Shown here: positions 1 through 21,679 of the stretch, one piece after another
Numbering within the stretch: the first letter of the stretch is position 1
How the letters are laid out: each line of letters opens with the position of its first letter
Assembly (NCBI RefSeq): GCF_009914755.1
Contig: NC_060948.1
Direction: 5' to 3' (one strand)
DNA length: 64,000 bases
Source of the DNA: the human T2T-CHM13v2.0 reference genome, Homo sapiens
Notes under the pieces: generated by a model
Seen by the model: the letters and a program-made list of their open reading frames with translations, nothing else
The model's database searches: none
Told to the model about the DNA's origin: nothing
Program-made: the position numbers and the translations under genes

Positions 1-478
1 CCTACTTATAACTGCATATGGAAAATACAGAGGATAATTTTTTAAATAACATATTTTGAAAGCCTTAACTAGTAATTTGAAGAGCTGGCATTTGAAAGGC
101 CAGTATGAATATACCTTCAAAGCAGCAACACAGGTTCCCCATGAGAAAAAGCAAACACAGGGAAAATAAAAACACAAAGGTTCAATCTCTTCTGACCTTT
201 GAAAGACACAGCACAGACAGTGGTCCTTAGGACGAAGAGCGGGAGACCCCTAATTCCGTCACCATGGCGATAGGGCATAAACATTGCTGGGTGAGGGCAC
301 AATCCACATTGTGAGGTCCAACTGCTGCCAGGAAGACAGGAGTGCTTTTACATAGACCGAAAGGTCATTGAAGGCTCAGAGTTTTGTTTCAAGAACTGAA
401 TCCCAAGCCCACACGTTATTAGGCTGCGCTTCTTAAAACAAGTTATGAGATGGGGAAAAGGGCACCCACAAACATACG
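1..478. repeat. HSATI-like segment of unit 1 (cut by window edge)
   Basis: Mixed-composition sequence nearly identical to 2419-2896. The name is inferred from known DYZ2 structure; the right boundary is approximate. Confidence 0.7.
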
Positions 479-2322
<1,844 letters not shown>

Positions 2323-2896
2323 AGATCCATATTTTTTAAATGAAAAAAAATTTCAAAGGTACTCTGCTTGGTACAATAATCAAATGTATAAACTGAGGAA
2401 TAAAACATAACCATGAAACCTACTTATAACTGCATATGGAAAATACAGAGGATAATTTTTTAAATAAAATATTTTGAAAGCCTTAACTAGTAATTTGAAG
2501 AGTTGGCATTTGAAAGGCCAGTATGAATATACCTTCAAAGCAGCAACACAGGTTCCCCATGAGAAAAAGCAAACACAGGGAAAATAAAAACACAAAGGTT
2601 CAATCTCCTCTGACCTTTGAAAGACACAGCACAGACAGTGGTCCTTAGGACGAAGAGCAGGAGACCCCTAATTCCGTCACCATGGCGATAGGGCATAAAC
2701 ATTGCTGGGTGAGGGCACAATCCACATTGTGAGGTCCAACTGCTGCCAGGAAGACAGGAGTGCTTTTACATAGACCAAAAGGTCATTGAAGGCTCAGAGT
2801 TTTGTTTCAAGAACTGAATCCCAAGCCCACACGTTATTAGGCTGCGCTTCTTAAAACAAGTTATGAGATGGGGAAAAGGGCACCCACAAACATACG
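2323..2896. repeat. HSATI-like segment (~570 bp); first complete copy, recurs after every Alu
   Basis: Lies between the Alu 5' end (...ctgagcca) and the start of the TA-rich domain (...cacaaacatacg). The name comes from known DYZ2 annotation, not from an alignment. Confidence 0.7.
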
Positions 2897-4425
2897 TATA
2901 CATTATGTATATAATAATATACAGTATCATATATATAATATATATAACCTATGTATAATATTGTTTTACATCCTGCATCTTATGTCATATATATTGTATA
3001 AAATATAATAATTGATAATATATAAGTTTTATATTTATACAATATGACATATAGTATATATTATAATTTATGACATATATAATATATGTTATATATCATA
3101 TATAGAATATATTATATGGTTAATATACGTATTAAATATAAATTATACATTATATATATTATATATAATATATCTGTTATATATAATACCCATTATGCCT
3201 AATATATATATTATGTCTATGTTATATATAGTATAAAACAACATATAATAATATATAATTGTATATATAAAATGCGACATATAATATATATTATATTTTA
3301 TAACATATGTAATATATATTATATATTATATATAATACGTTGTATGTATAATACCTATATTAAATATATATTATATGACTATGTTATTAATTACATGTCA
3401 CATGTTTTATATATTATATTTTTTACATAGAATATACCGGTTACATACAATATATACTATGTTACCTATAATTTATAATTTATTACATGTAAAATAAAGA
3501 ATGCAATATATTATGTATAATTTATAATATACAATATGTGGAATGTGATATATATAACATATAATATATGATATATGATATACAGTATATGATATATAAC
3601 ATACAATATATGATTCCTAATATATATGGTATACAATATATATTTTATGATATGTATTCTATATGTTTTATATTCTGTTATATATAACTATTTGAAATTA
3701 TATATAACTGTATAATATTTTATGTAAATATGTAATATAATATATATAACTATATAATATATTATATATAACTATATATTATGTTATATATACTTTTATA
3801 ACATAATTTACATAAAATATCATAATATAATATATATTATATTATTTCATATTACATAATATATATTACATATCACCCAATATAACTAACATACATAATA
3901 TTATAATATAGATTACATTATGTTATATTAAATATCATATATATCATGTATCATATATTCTATAATATATATTACACATTATATAATATGTATGTTGTCT
4001 ATTATGTGATATATATAACTATATATAATTATATTTTTATACATATAACTAGATAAACATGTAATTCTACATATTTTCATTTATAATATGTAGAATTATA
4101 TAATCATATATAATTATTTATATTCTCTAAAAAATTTTATCATTATATAAATTATAATATATAAAAATTATAATATGTACTACAAATATATATATTATAT
4201 ATCATATATGATATAGTACCTTTGTTATATATCATAATACATATAAATGTGTATTATGTTATCTATAATTATATAATTTCATATATAAGATGTATAATAT
4301 GTATCATATATTATATATGTTATGTAATATATATAGTATATATAAGATGACACAGGATAAATATTATATACTATGACATATAAAATATATGAGGTTATAT
4401 GTTACATATAAGGCATAGCACATAA

Positions 4426-4740
<315 letters not shown>

Positions 4741-6845
4741 AGATCCATATTTTTTAAATGAAAAAAAATTTCAAAGGTACTCTGCTTGGTACAATAATCA
4801 AATGTACAAACTGAGGAATAAAACATAACCATGAAACCTACTTATAACTGCATATGGAAAATACAGAGGATAATTATTTAAATAACATATTTTGAAAGCC
4901 TTAACTAGTAATTTGAAGAGGTGGCATTTGAAAGACCAGTATGAATATACCTTCAAAGCAGCAACACAGGTTCCCCATGAGAAAAAGCAAACACAGGGAA
5001 AATAAAAACACAAAGGTTCAATCTCTTCTGACCTTTGAAAGACACAGCACAGACAGTGGTCCTTAGGACGAAGAGCAGGAGACCCCTAATTCCGTCACCA
5101 TGGCGATAGGGCATAAACATTGCTGGGTGAGGGCACAATCCACATTGTGAGGTCCAACTGCTGCCAGGAAGACAGGAGTGCTTTTACATAGACCGAAAGG
5201 TCATTGAAGGCTCAGAGTTTTGTTTCAAGAACTGAATCCCAAGCCCACACGTTATTAGGCTGCGCTTCTTAAAACAAGTTATGAGATGGGAAAAAGGGCA
5301 CCCACAAACATACGTATACATTATGTATATAACAATATACAGTATCATATATATAATATATATAACCTATGTATAATATTGTTTTACATCCTGCATCTTA
5401 TGTTATATATATTGTATAAAATATAATAATTGATAATATATAAGTTTTATATTTATACAATATGACATATAGTATATATTATAATTTATGACATATATAA
5501 TATATGTTATATATCATATATAGAATATATTATACGGTTAATATACGTATTAAATATAAATTATACATTATATATATTATATATAATATATCTGTTATAT
5601 ATAATACCCATTATGCATAATATATATATTATGTCTATGTTATATATAGTATAGAACAACATATAATAATATATAATTGTATATATAAAATGCGACATAT
5701 AATATATATTATATTTTATAACATATGTAATATATGTTATATATTATATATAATACGTTGAATGTATAATACCTATATTAAATATATATTATATGACTAT
5801 GTTATTAATTACATGTCACATGTGTTATATATTATATATTTTACATAGAATATACCGGTTACATACAATATATACTATGTTACCTATAATGTATAATTTA
5901 TTACATGTAAAATAAAGAATGCAATATATTATGTATAATTTATAATATACAATATGTGGAATGTGATATATATAACATATAATATATGATATATGATATA
6001 CAGTATATGATATATAACATACAATATATGATTCCTAATATATATGGTATACAATATATATTTTATGATATGTATTCTATATGTTTTATATTCTGTCATA
6101 TATAACTATTTGAAATTATATATAACTGTATAATATTTTATGTAAATATGTAATATAATATATATAATTATATAATATATTATATATAACTATATATTAT
6201 GTTACATATACTTTTATAACATAATTTACATAAAATATCATAATATAATATATATTATATTATTTCATATTACATAATATATATTACATATCACCCAATA
6301 TAACTAACATACATAATATTATAATATAGATTATATTATGTTATATTAAATATCATATATATCATGTATCATATATTCTATAATATATATTACACATTAT
6401 ATAATATGTATGTTGTCTATTATGTGATATATATAACTATATATATAATTATATTTTTATACATATAACTAGATAAACATGTAATTCTACATATTTTCAT
6501 TTATAATATGTAGAATTATATAATCATATATAATTATTTATATTCTATAAAAAATTTTATCATTATAGAAATTATAATATATAAAAATTATAATATGTAC
6601 TACAAATATATATATTATATATCATATATGATATAGTACCTTTGTTATATATCATAATACATATAAATGTGTATTATGTTATCTATAATTATATAATTTC
6701 ATATATAAGATGTATAATATGTATCATATATTATATATGTTATGTAATATATATAGTATATATAAGATGACACAGGATAAATATTATACACTATGACATA
6801 TAAAATATATCAGGTTATATGTTACATATAAGGCATAGCACATAA

Positions 6846-7160
<315 letters not shown>

Positions 7161-9265
7161 AGATCCATATTTTTTAAATGAAAAAAAATTTCAAAGGTAC
7201 TCTGCTTGGTACAATAATCAAATGTATAAACTGAGGAATAAAACATAACCATGAAACCTACTTATAACTGCATATGGAAAATACAGAGGATAATTTTTTA
7301 AATAACATATTTTGAAAGCCTTAACTAGTAATTTGAAGAGTTGGCATTTGAAAGGCCAGTATGAATATACCTTCAAAGCAGCAACACAGGTTCCCCATGA
7401 GAAAAAGCAAACACAGGGAAAATAAAAACACAAAGGTTCAATCTCTTCTGACCTTTGAAAGACACAGCACAGACAGTGGTCCTTAGGACGAAGAGCAGGA
7501 GACCCCTAATTCCGTCACCATGGCGATAGGGCATAAACATTGCTGGGTGAGGGCACAATCCACATTGTGAGGTCCAACTGCTGCCAGGAAGACAGGAGTG
7601 CTTTTACATAGACCGAAAGGTCATTGAAGGCTCAGAGTTTTGTTTCAAGAACTGAATCCCAAGCCCACACGTTATTAGGCTGCGCTTCTTAAAACCAGTT
7701 ATGAGATGGGAAAAAGGGCACCCACAAACATACGTATACATTATGTATATAATAATATACAGTATCATATATATACTATATATAACCTATGTATAATATT
7801 GTTTTACATCCTGCATCTTATGTTATATATATTGTATAAAATATAATAATTGATAATATATAAGTTTTATAATTATACAATATGACATATAGTATATATT
7901 ATAATTTATGACATATATAATATATGTTATATATCATATATAGAGTATATTATACGGTTAATATATGTATTAAATATAAATTATACATTATATATATTAT
8001 ATATAATATATCTGTTATATATAATACCCATTATGCATAATATATATATTATGTCTATGTTATATATAGTATAAAACAACATATAATAATATATAATTGT
8101 ATATATAAAATGCGACATATAATATATATTATATTTTATAACATATGTAATATATATTATATATTATATATAATACGTTGTATGTATAATACCTATATTA
8201 AATATATATTATATGACTATGTTATTAATTACATGTCACATGTGTTATATATTATATATTTTACATAGAATATACCGGTTACATACAATATATACTATGT
8301 TACCTATAATGTATAATTTATTACATGTAAAATAAAGAATGCAATATATTATGTATAATTTATAATATACAATATGTGGAATGTGATATATATAACATAT
8401 AATATATGATATATGATATACAGTATATGATATATAACATACAATATATGATTCCTAATATATATGGTATACAATATATATTTTATGATATGTATTCTAT
8501 ATGTTTTATATTCTGTTATATAAAACTATTTGAAATTATATATAACTGTATAATATTTTATGTAAATATGTAATATAATATATATAACTATATAATATAT
8601 TATATATAACTATATATTATGTTATATATACTTTTATAACATAATTTACATAAAATATCATAATATAATATATATTATATTATTTCATATTACATAATAT
8701 ATATTACATATCACCCAATATAACTAACATACATAATAGTATAATATAGATTATATTGTGTTATATTAAATATCATATATATCATGTATCATATATTCTA
8801 TAATATATATTACACATTATATAATATGTATGTTGTCTATTATGTGATATATATAACTATATATATAATTATATTTTTATACATATAACTGGATAAACAT
8901 GTAATTCTACATATTTTCATTTATAATATGTAGAATTATATAATCATATATAATTATTTATATTCTATAAAAAATTTTATCATTATATAAATTATAATAT
9001 ATAAAAATTATAATATGTACTACAAATATATATATTATATATCATATATGATATAGTACCTTTGTTATATATCATAATACATATAAATGTGTATTATGTT
9101 ATCTATAATTATATAATTTCATATATAAGATGTATAATATGTATCATATATTATATATGTTATGTAATATATATAGTATATATAAGATGACACAGGATAA
9201 ATATTATATACTATGACATATAAAATATATGAGGTTATATGTTACATATAAGGCATAGCACATAA

Positions 9266-9580
<315 letters not shown>

Positions 9581-11685
9581 AGATCCATATTTTTTAAATG
9601 AAAAAAAATTTCAAAGGTACTCTGCTTGGTACAATAATCAAATGTACAAACTGAGGAATAAAACATAACCATGAAACCTACTTATAACTGCATATGGAAA
9701 ATACAGAGGATAATTATTTAAATAACATATTTTGAAAGCCTTAACTAGTAATTTGAAGAGGTGACATTTGAAAGACCAGTATGAATATACCTTCAAAGCA
9801 GCAACACAGGTTCCCCATGAGAAAAAGCAAACACAGGGAAAATAAAAACACAAAGGTTCAATCTCTTCTGACCTTTGAAAGACACAGCACAGACAGTGGT
9901 CCTTAGGACGAAGAGCAGGAGACCCCTAATTCCGTCACCATGGCGATAGGGCATAAACATTGCTGGGTGAGGGCACAATCCACATTGTGAGGTCCAACTG
10001 CTGCCAGGAAGACAGGAGTGCTTTTACATAGACCGAAAGGTCATTGAAGGCTCAGAGTTTTCTTTCAAGAACTGAATCCCAAGCCCACACGTTATTAGGC
10101 TGCGCTTCTTAAAACAAGTTATGAGATGGGAAAAAGGGCACCCACAAACATACGTATACATTATGTATATAATAATATACAGTATCATATATATAATATA
10201 TATAACCTATGTATAATATTGTTTTACATCCTGCATCTTATGTTATATATATTGTATAAAATATAATAATTGATAATATATAAGTTTTATAATTATACAA
10301 TATGACATATAGTATATATTATAATTTATGACATATATAATATATGTTATATATCATATATAGAGTATATTATACGGTTAATATACGTATTAAATATAAA
10401 TTATACATTATATATATTATATATAATATATCTGTTATATATAATACCCATTATGCATAATATATATATTATGTCTATGTTATATATAGTATAAAACAAC
10501 ATATAATAATATATAATTGTATATATAAAATGCGACATATAATATATATTATATTTTATAACATATGTAATATATGTTATGTATTATATATAATACGTTG
10601 AATGTATAATACCTATATTAAATATATATTATATGACTATGTTATTAATTACATGTCACATGTGTTATATATTATATATTTTACATAGAATATACCGGTT
10701 ACATACAATATATACTATGTTACCTATAATGTATAATTTATTACATGTAAAATAAAGAATGCAATATATTATGTATAATTTATAATATACAATATGTGGA
10801 ATGTGATATATATAACATATAATATATGATATATGATATACAGTATATGATATATAACATACAATATATGATTCCTAATATATATGGTATACAATATATA
10901 TTTTATGATATGTATTCTATATGTTTTATATTCTGTCATATATAACTATTTGAAATTATATATAACTGTATAATATTTTATGTAAATATGTAATATAATA
11001 TATATAATTATATAATATATTATATATAACTATATATTATGTTACATATACTTTTATAACATAATTTACATAAAATATCATAATATAATATATATTATAT
11101 TATTTCATATTACATAATATATATTACATATCACCCAATATAACTAACATACATAATATTATAATATAGATTATATTATGTTATATTAAATATCATATAT
11201 ATCATGTATCATATATTCTATAATATATATTACACATTATATAATATGTATGTTGTCTATTATGTGATATATATAACTATATATATAATTATATTTTTAT
11301 ACATATAACTAGATAAACATGTAATTCTACATATTTTCATTTATAATATGTAGAATTATATAATCATATATAATTATTTATATTCTATAAAAAATTTTAT
11401 CATTATATAAATTATAATATATAAAAATTATAATATGTACTACAAATATATATATTATATATCATATATGATATAGTACCTTTGTTATATATCATAATAC
11501 ATATAAATGTGTATTATGTTATCTATAATTATATAATTTCATATATAAGATGTATAATATGTATCATATATTATATATGTTATGTAATATATATAGTATA
11601 TATAAGATGACACAGGATAAATATTATATACTATGACATATAAAATATATGAGGTTATATGTTACATATAAGGCATAGCACATAA

Positions 11686-12000
<315 letters not shown>

Positions 12001-14105
12001 AGATCCATATTTTTTAAATGAAAAAAAATTTCAAAGGTACTCTGCTTGGTACAATAATCAAATGTATAAACTGAGGAATAAAACATAACCATGAAACCTA
12101 CTTATAACTGCATATGGAAAATACAGAGGATAATTTTTTAAATAACATATTTTGAAAGCCTTAACTAGTAATTTGAAGAGTTGGCATTTGAAAGGCCAGT
12201 ATGAATATACCTTCAAAGCAGCAACACAGGTTCCCCATGAGAAAAAGCAAACACAGGGAAAATAAAAACACAAAGGTTCAATCTCTTCTGACCTTTGAAA
12301 GACACAGCACAGACAGTGGTCCTTAGGACGAAGAGCAGGAGACCCCTAATTCCGTCACCATGGCGATAGGGCATAAACATTGCTGGGTGAGGGCACAATC
12401 CACATTGTGAGGTCCAACTGCTGCCAGGAAGACAGGAGTGCTTTTACATAGACCGAAAGGTCATTGAAGGCTCAGAGTTTTGTTTCAAGAACTGAATCCC
12501 AAGCCCACACGTTATTAGGCTGCGCTTCTTAAAACAAGTTATGAGATGGGAAAAAGGGCACCCACAAACATACGTATACATTATGTATATAATAATATAC
12601 AGTATCATATATATACTATATATAACCTATGTATAATATTGTTTTACATCCTGCATCTTATGTTATATATATTGTATAAAATATAATAATTGATAATATA
12701 TAAGTTTTATAATTATACAATATGACATATAGTGTATATTATAATTTATGACATATATAATATATGTTATATATCATATATAGAGTATATTATACGGTTA
12801 ATATACGTATTAAATATAAATTATACCTTATATATATTATATATAATATATCTGTTATATATAATACCCATTATGCATAATATATATATTATGTCTATGT
12901 TATATATAGTATAAAACAACATATAATAATATATAATTGTATATATAAAATGCGACATATAATATATATTATATTTTATAACATATGTAATATATATTAT
13001 ATATTATATATAATACGTTGTATGTATAATACCTATATTAAATATATATTATATGACTATGTTATTAATTACATGTCACATGTGTTATATATTATATATT
13101 TTACATAGAATATACCGGTTACATACAATATATACTATGTTACCTATAATGTATAATTTATTACATGTAAAATAAAGAATGCAACATATTATGTATAATT
13201 TATAATATACAATATGTGGAATGTGATATATATAACATATAATATATGATATATGATATACAGTATATGATATATAACATACAATATATGATTCCTAATA
13301 TATATGGTATACAATATATATTTTATGATATGTATTCTATATGTTTTATATTCTGTCATATATAACTATTGGAAATTATATATAACTGTATAATATTTTA
13401 TGTAAATATGTAATATAATATATATAACTATATAATATATTATATATAACTATATATTATGTTATATATACTTTTATAACATTATTTACATAAAATATCA
13501 TAATATAATATATATTATATTATTTCATATTACATAATATATATTACATATCACCCAATATAACTAACATACATAATATTATAATATAGATTATATTATG
13601 TTATATTAAATATCATATATATCATGTATCATATATTCTATAATATATATTACACATTATATAATATGTATGTTGTCTATTATGTGATATATATAACTAT
13701 ATATGTAATTATATTTTTATACATATAACTAGATAAACATGTAATTCTACATATTTTCATTTATAATATGTAGAATTATATAATCATATATAATTATTTA
13801 TATTCTATAAAAAATTTTATCATTATATAAATTATAATATATAAAAATTATAATATGTACTACAAATATATATATTATATATCATATATGATATAGTACC
13901 TTTGTTATATATCATAATACATATAAATGTGTATTATGTTATCTATAATTATATAATTTCATATATAAGATGTATAATATGTATCATATATTATATATGT
14001 TATGTAATATATATAGTATATATAAGATGACACAGGATAAATATTATACACTATGACATATAAAATATATCAGGTTATGTGTTACATATAAGGCATAGCA
14101 CATAA

Positions 14106-14420
<315 letters not shown>

Positions 14421-16518
14421 AGATCCATATTTTTTAAATGAAAAAAAATTTCAAAGGTACTCTGCTTGGTACAATAATCAAATGTATAAACTGAGGAATA
14501 AAACATAACCATGAAACCTACTTATAACTGCATATGGAAAATACAGAGGATAATTTTTTAAATAACATATTTTGAAAGCCTTAACTAGTAATTTGAAGAG
14601 TTGGCATTTGAAAGGCCAGTATGAATATACCTTCAAAGCAGCAACACAGGTTCCCCATGAGAAAAAGCAAACACAGGGAAAATAAAAACACAAAGGTTCA
14701 ATCTCTTCTGACCTTTGAAAGACACAGCACAGACAGTGGTCCTTAGGACGAAGAGCAGGAGACCCCTAATTCCGTCACCATGGCGATAGGGCATAAACAT
14801 TGCTGGGTGAGGGCACAATCCACATTGTGAGGTCCAACTGCTGCCAGGAAGACAGGAGTGCTTTTACATAGACCGAAAGGTCATTGAAGGCTCAGAGTTT
14901 TGTTTCAAGAACTGAATCCCAAGCCCACACGTTATTAGGCTGCGCTTCTTAAAACAAGTTATGAGATGGGAAAAAGGACACCCACAAACATACGTATACA
15001 TTATGTATATAATAATATACAGTATCATATATATAATATATATAACCTATGTATAATATTGTTTTACATCCTGCATCTTATGTCATATATATTGTATAAA
15101 ATATAATAATTGATAATATATAAGTTTTATATTTATACAATATGACATATAGTATATATTATTATTTATGACATATATAATATATGTTATATATCATATA
15201 TAGAATATATTAAACGGTTAATATACGTATTAAATATAAATTATACATTATATATATTATATATAATATATCTGTTATATATAATACCCATTATGCATAA
15301 TAAATATTTTATGTCTATGTTATATATAGTATAAAACAACATATAATAATATATAATTGTATATATAAAATGCGACATATAATATATATTATATTTTATA
15401 ACATATGTAATATATATTATATATTATATATAATACGTTGAATGTATAATACCTATATTAAATATATATTATATGACTATGTTATTAATTACATGTCACA
15501 TGTGTTATATATTATATATTTTACATAGAATATACCGGTTACATACAATATATACTATGTTACCTATAATGTATAATTTATTACATGTAAAATAAAGAAT
15601 GCAATATATTATGTATAATTTATAATATACAATATGTGGAATGTGATATATATAACATATAATATATGATATATGATATACAGTATATGATATATAACAT
15701 ACAATATATGATTCCTAATATATATGGTATACAATATATATTTTATGATATGTATTCTATATGTTTTATATTCTGTTATATAAAACTATTTGAAATTATA
15801 TATAACTGTATAATATTTTATGTAAATATGTAATATAATATATATAACTATATAATATATTATATATAACTATATATTATGTTATATATACTTTTATAAC
15901 ATAATTTACATAAAATATCATAATATAATATATATTATATTATTTCATATTACATAATATATATTACATATCACCCAATATAACTAACATACATAATATT
16001 ATAATATAGATTATATTGTGTTATATTAAATATCATATATATCATGTATCATATATTCTATAATATATATTACACATTATATAATATGTATGTTGTCTAT
16101 TATGTGATATATATAACTATATATATAATTATATTTTTATACATATAACTGGATAAACATGTAATTCTACATATTTTCATTTATAATATGTAGAATTATA
16201 TAATCATATATAATTATTTATATTCTATAAAAAATTTTATCATTATATAAATTATAATATATAAAAATTATAATATGTACTACAAATATATATATTATAT
16301 ATCATATATGATATAGTACCTTTGTTATATATCATAATACATATAAATGTGTATTATGTTATCTATAATTATATAATTTCATATATAAGATGTATAATAT
16401 GTATCATATATTATATATGTTATGTAATATATATAGTATATATAAGATGACACAGGATAAATATTATATACTATGACATATAAAATATATGAGGTTATAT
16501 GTTACATATAAGGCATAG

Positions 16519-16839
<321 letters not shown>

Positions 16840-18944
16840 AGATCCATATTTTTTAAATGAAAAAAAATTTCAAAGGTACTCTGCTTGGTACAATAATCAA
16901 ATGTACAAACTGAGGAATAAAACATAACCATGAAACCTACTTATAACTGCATATGGAAAATACAGAGGATAATTATTTAAATAACATATTTTGAAAGCCT
17001 TAACTAGTAATTTGAAGAGGTGACATTTGAAAGACCAGTATGAATAAACCTTCAAAGCAGCAACACAGGTTCCCCATGAGAAAAAGCAAACACAGGGAAA
17101 ATAAAAACACAAAGGTTCAATCTCTTCTGACCTTTGAAAGACACAGCACAGACAGTGGTCCTTAGGACGAAGAGCAGGAGACCCCTAATTCCGTCACCAT
17201 GGCGATAGGGCATAAACATTGCTGGGTGAGGGCACAATCCACATTGTGAGGTCCAACTGCTGCCAGGAAGACAGGAGTGCTTTTACATAGACCGAAAGGT
17301 CATTGAAGGCTCAGAGTTTTCTTTCAAGAACTGAATCCCAAGCCCACACGTTATTAGGCTGCGCTTCTTAAAACAAGTTATGAGATGGGAAAAAGGGCAC
17401 CCACAAACATACGTATACATTATGTATATAATAATATACAGTATCATATATATAATATATATAACCTATGTATAATATTGTTTTACATCCTGCATCTTAT
17501 GTTATATATATTGTATAAAATATAATAATTGATAATATATAAGTTTTATAATTATACAATATGACATATAGTATATATTATAATTTATGACATATATAAT
17601 ATATGTTATATATCATATATAGAGTATATTATACGGTTAATATACGTATTAAATATAAATTATACATTATATATATTATATATAATATATCTGTTATATA
17701 TAATACCCATTATGCATAATATATATATTATGTCTATGTTATATATAGTATAAAACAACATATAATAATATATAATTGTATATATAAAATGCGACATATA
17801 ATATATATTATATTTTATAACATATGTAATATATGTTATGTATTATATATAATACGTTGAATGTATAATACCTATATTAAATATATATTATATGACTATG
17901 TTATTAATTACATGTCACATGTGTTATATATTATATATTTTACATAGAATATACCGGTTACATACAATATATACTATGTTACCTATAATGTATAATTTAT
18001 TACATGTAAAATAAAGAATGCAATATATTATGTATAATTTATAATATACAATATGTGGAATGTGATATATATAACATATAATATATGATATATGATATAC
18101 AGTATATGATATATAACATACAATATATGATTCCTAATATATATGGTATACAATATATATTTTATGATATGTATTCTATATGTTTTATATTCTGTCATAT
18201 ATAACTATTTGAAATTATATATAACTGTATAATATTTTATGTAAATATGTAATATAATATATATAATTATATAATATATTATATATAACTATATATTATG
18301 TTACATATACTTTTATAACATAATTTACATAAAATATCATAATATAATATATATTATATTATTTCATATTACATAATATATATTACATATCACCCAATAT
18401 AACTAACATACATAATATTATAATATAGATTATATTATGTTATATTAAATATCATATATATCATGTATCATATATTCTATAATATATATTACACATTATA
18501 TAATATGTATGTTGTCTATTATGTGATATATATAACTATATATATAATTATATTTTTATACATATAACTAGATAAACATGTAATTCTACATATTTTCATT
18601 TATAATATGTAGAATTATATAATCATATATAATTATTTATATTCTATAAAAAATTTTATCATTATATAAATTATAATATATAAAAATTATAATATGTACT
18701 ACAAATATATATATTATATATCATATATGATATAGTACCTTTGTTATATATCATAATACATATAAATGTGTATTATGTTATCTATAATTATATAATTTCA
18801 TATATAAGATGTATAATATGTATCATATATTATATATGTTATGTAATATATATAGTATATATAAGATGACACAGGATAAATATTATATACTATGACATAT
18901 AAAATATATGAGGTTATATGTTACATATAAGGCATAGCACATAA

Positions 18945-19259
<315 letters not shown>

Positions 19260-21364
19260 AGATCCATATTTTTTAAATGAAAAAAAATTTCAAAGGTACT
19301 CTGCTTGGTACAATAATCAAATGTATAAACTGAGGAATAAAACATAACCATGAAACCTACTTATAACTGCATATGGAAAATACAGAGGATAATTTTTTAA
19401 ATAACATATTTTGAAAGCCTTAACTAGTAATTTGAAGAGTTGGCATTTGAAAGGCCAGTATGAATATACCTTCAAAGCAGCAACACAGGTTCCCCATGAG
19501 AAAAAGCAAACACAGGGAAAATAAAAACACAAAGGTTCAATCTCTTCTGACCTTTGAAAGACACAGCACAGACAGTGGTCCTTAGGACGAAGAGCAGGAG
19601 ACCCCTAATTCCGTCACCATGGCGATAGGGCATAAACATTGCTGGGTGAGGGCACAATCCACATTGTGAGGTCCAACTGCTGCCAGGAAGACAGGAGTGC
19701 TTTTACATAGACCGAAAGGTCATTGAAGGCTCAGAGTTTTGTTTCAAGAACTGAATCCCAAGCCCACACGTTATTAGGCTGCGCTTCTTAAAACAAGTTA
19801 TGAGATGGGAAAAAGGGCACCCACAAACATACGTATACATTATGTATATAATAATATACAGTATCATATATATACTATATATAACCTATGTATAATATTG
19901 TTTTACATCCTGCATCTTATGTTATATATATTGTATAAAATATAATAATTGATAATATATAAGTTTTATAATTATACAATATGACATATAGTGTATATTA
20001 TAATTTATGACATATATAATATATGTTATATATCATATATAGAGTATATTATACGGTTAATATACGTATTAAATATAAATTATACCTTATATATATTATA
20101 TATAATATATCTGTTATATATAATACCCATTATGCATAATATATATATTATGTCTATGTTATATATAGTATAAAACAACATATAATAATATATAATTGTA
20201 TATATAAAATGCGACATATAATATATATTATATTTTATAACATATGTAATATATATTATATATTATATATAATACGTTGTATGTATAATACCTATATTAA
20301 ATATATATTATATGACTATGTTATTAATTACATGTCACATGTGTTATATATTATATATTTTACATAGAATATACCGGTTACATACAATATATACTATGTT
20401 ACCTATAATGTATAATTGATTACATGTAAAATAAAGAATGCAACATATTATGTATAATTTATAATATACAATATGTGGAATGTGATATATATAACATATA
20501 ATATATGATATATGATATACAGTATATGATATATAACATACAATATATGATTCCTAATATATATGGTATACAATATATATTTTATGATATGTATTCTATA
20601 TGTTTTATATTCTGTCATATATAACTATTGGAAATTATATATAACTGTATAATATTTTATGTAAATATGTAATATAATATATATAACTATATAATATATT
20701 ATATATAACTATATATTATGTTATATATACTTTTATAACATTATTTACATAAAATATCATAATATAATATATATTATATTATTTCATATTACATAATATA
20801 TATTACATATCACCCAATATAACTAACATACATAATATTATAATATAGATTATATTATGTTATATTAAATATCATATATATCATGTATCATATATTCTAT
20901 AATATATATTACACATTATATAATATGTATGTTGTCTATTATGTGATATATATAACTATATATGTAATTATATTTTTATACATATAACTAGATAAACATG
21001 TAATTCTACATATTTTCATTTATAATATGTAGAATTATATAATCATATATAATTATTTATATTCTATAAAAAATTTTATCATTATATAAATTATAATATA
21101 TAAAAATTATAATATGTACTACAAATATATATATTATATATCATATATGATATAGTACCTTTGTTATATATCATAATACATATAAATGTGTATTATGTTA
21201 TCTATAATTATATAATTTCATATATAAGATGTATAATATGTATCATATATTATATATGTTATGTAATATATATAGTATATATAAGATGACACAGGATAAA
21301 TATTATACACTATGACATATAAAATATATCAGGTTATGTGTTACATATAAGGCATAGCACATAA

Positions 21365-21679
<315 letters not shown>

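Noticed and set aside
117-302. 61-aa minus-strand ORF (MCPHPAMF...) repeated 27 times
   Set aside because: Short, with no recognisable domain and a non-ATG start. Its conservation simply reflects array homogeneity.
2380-2595. 71-aa minus-strand ORF (MCFYFPCV...) repeated 26 times
   Set aside because: F/Y/L-rich translation of T-rich DNA, overlapping the previous ORF out of frame; no coding evidence.
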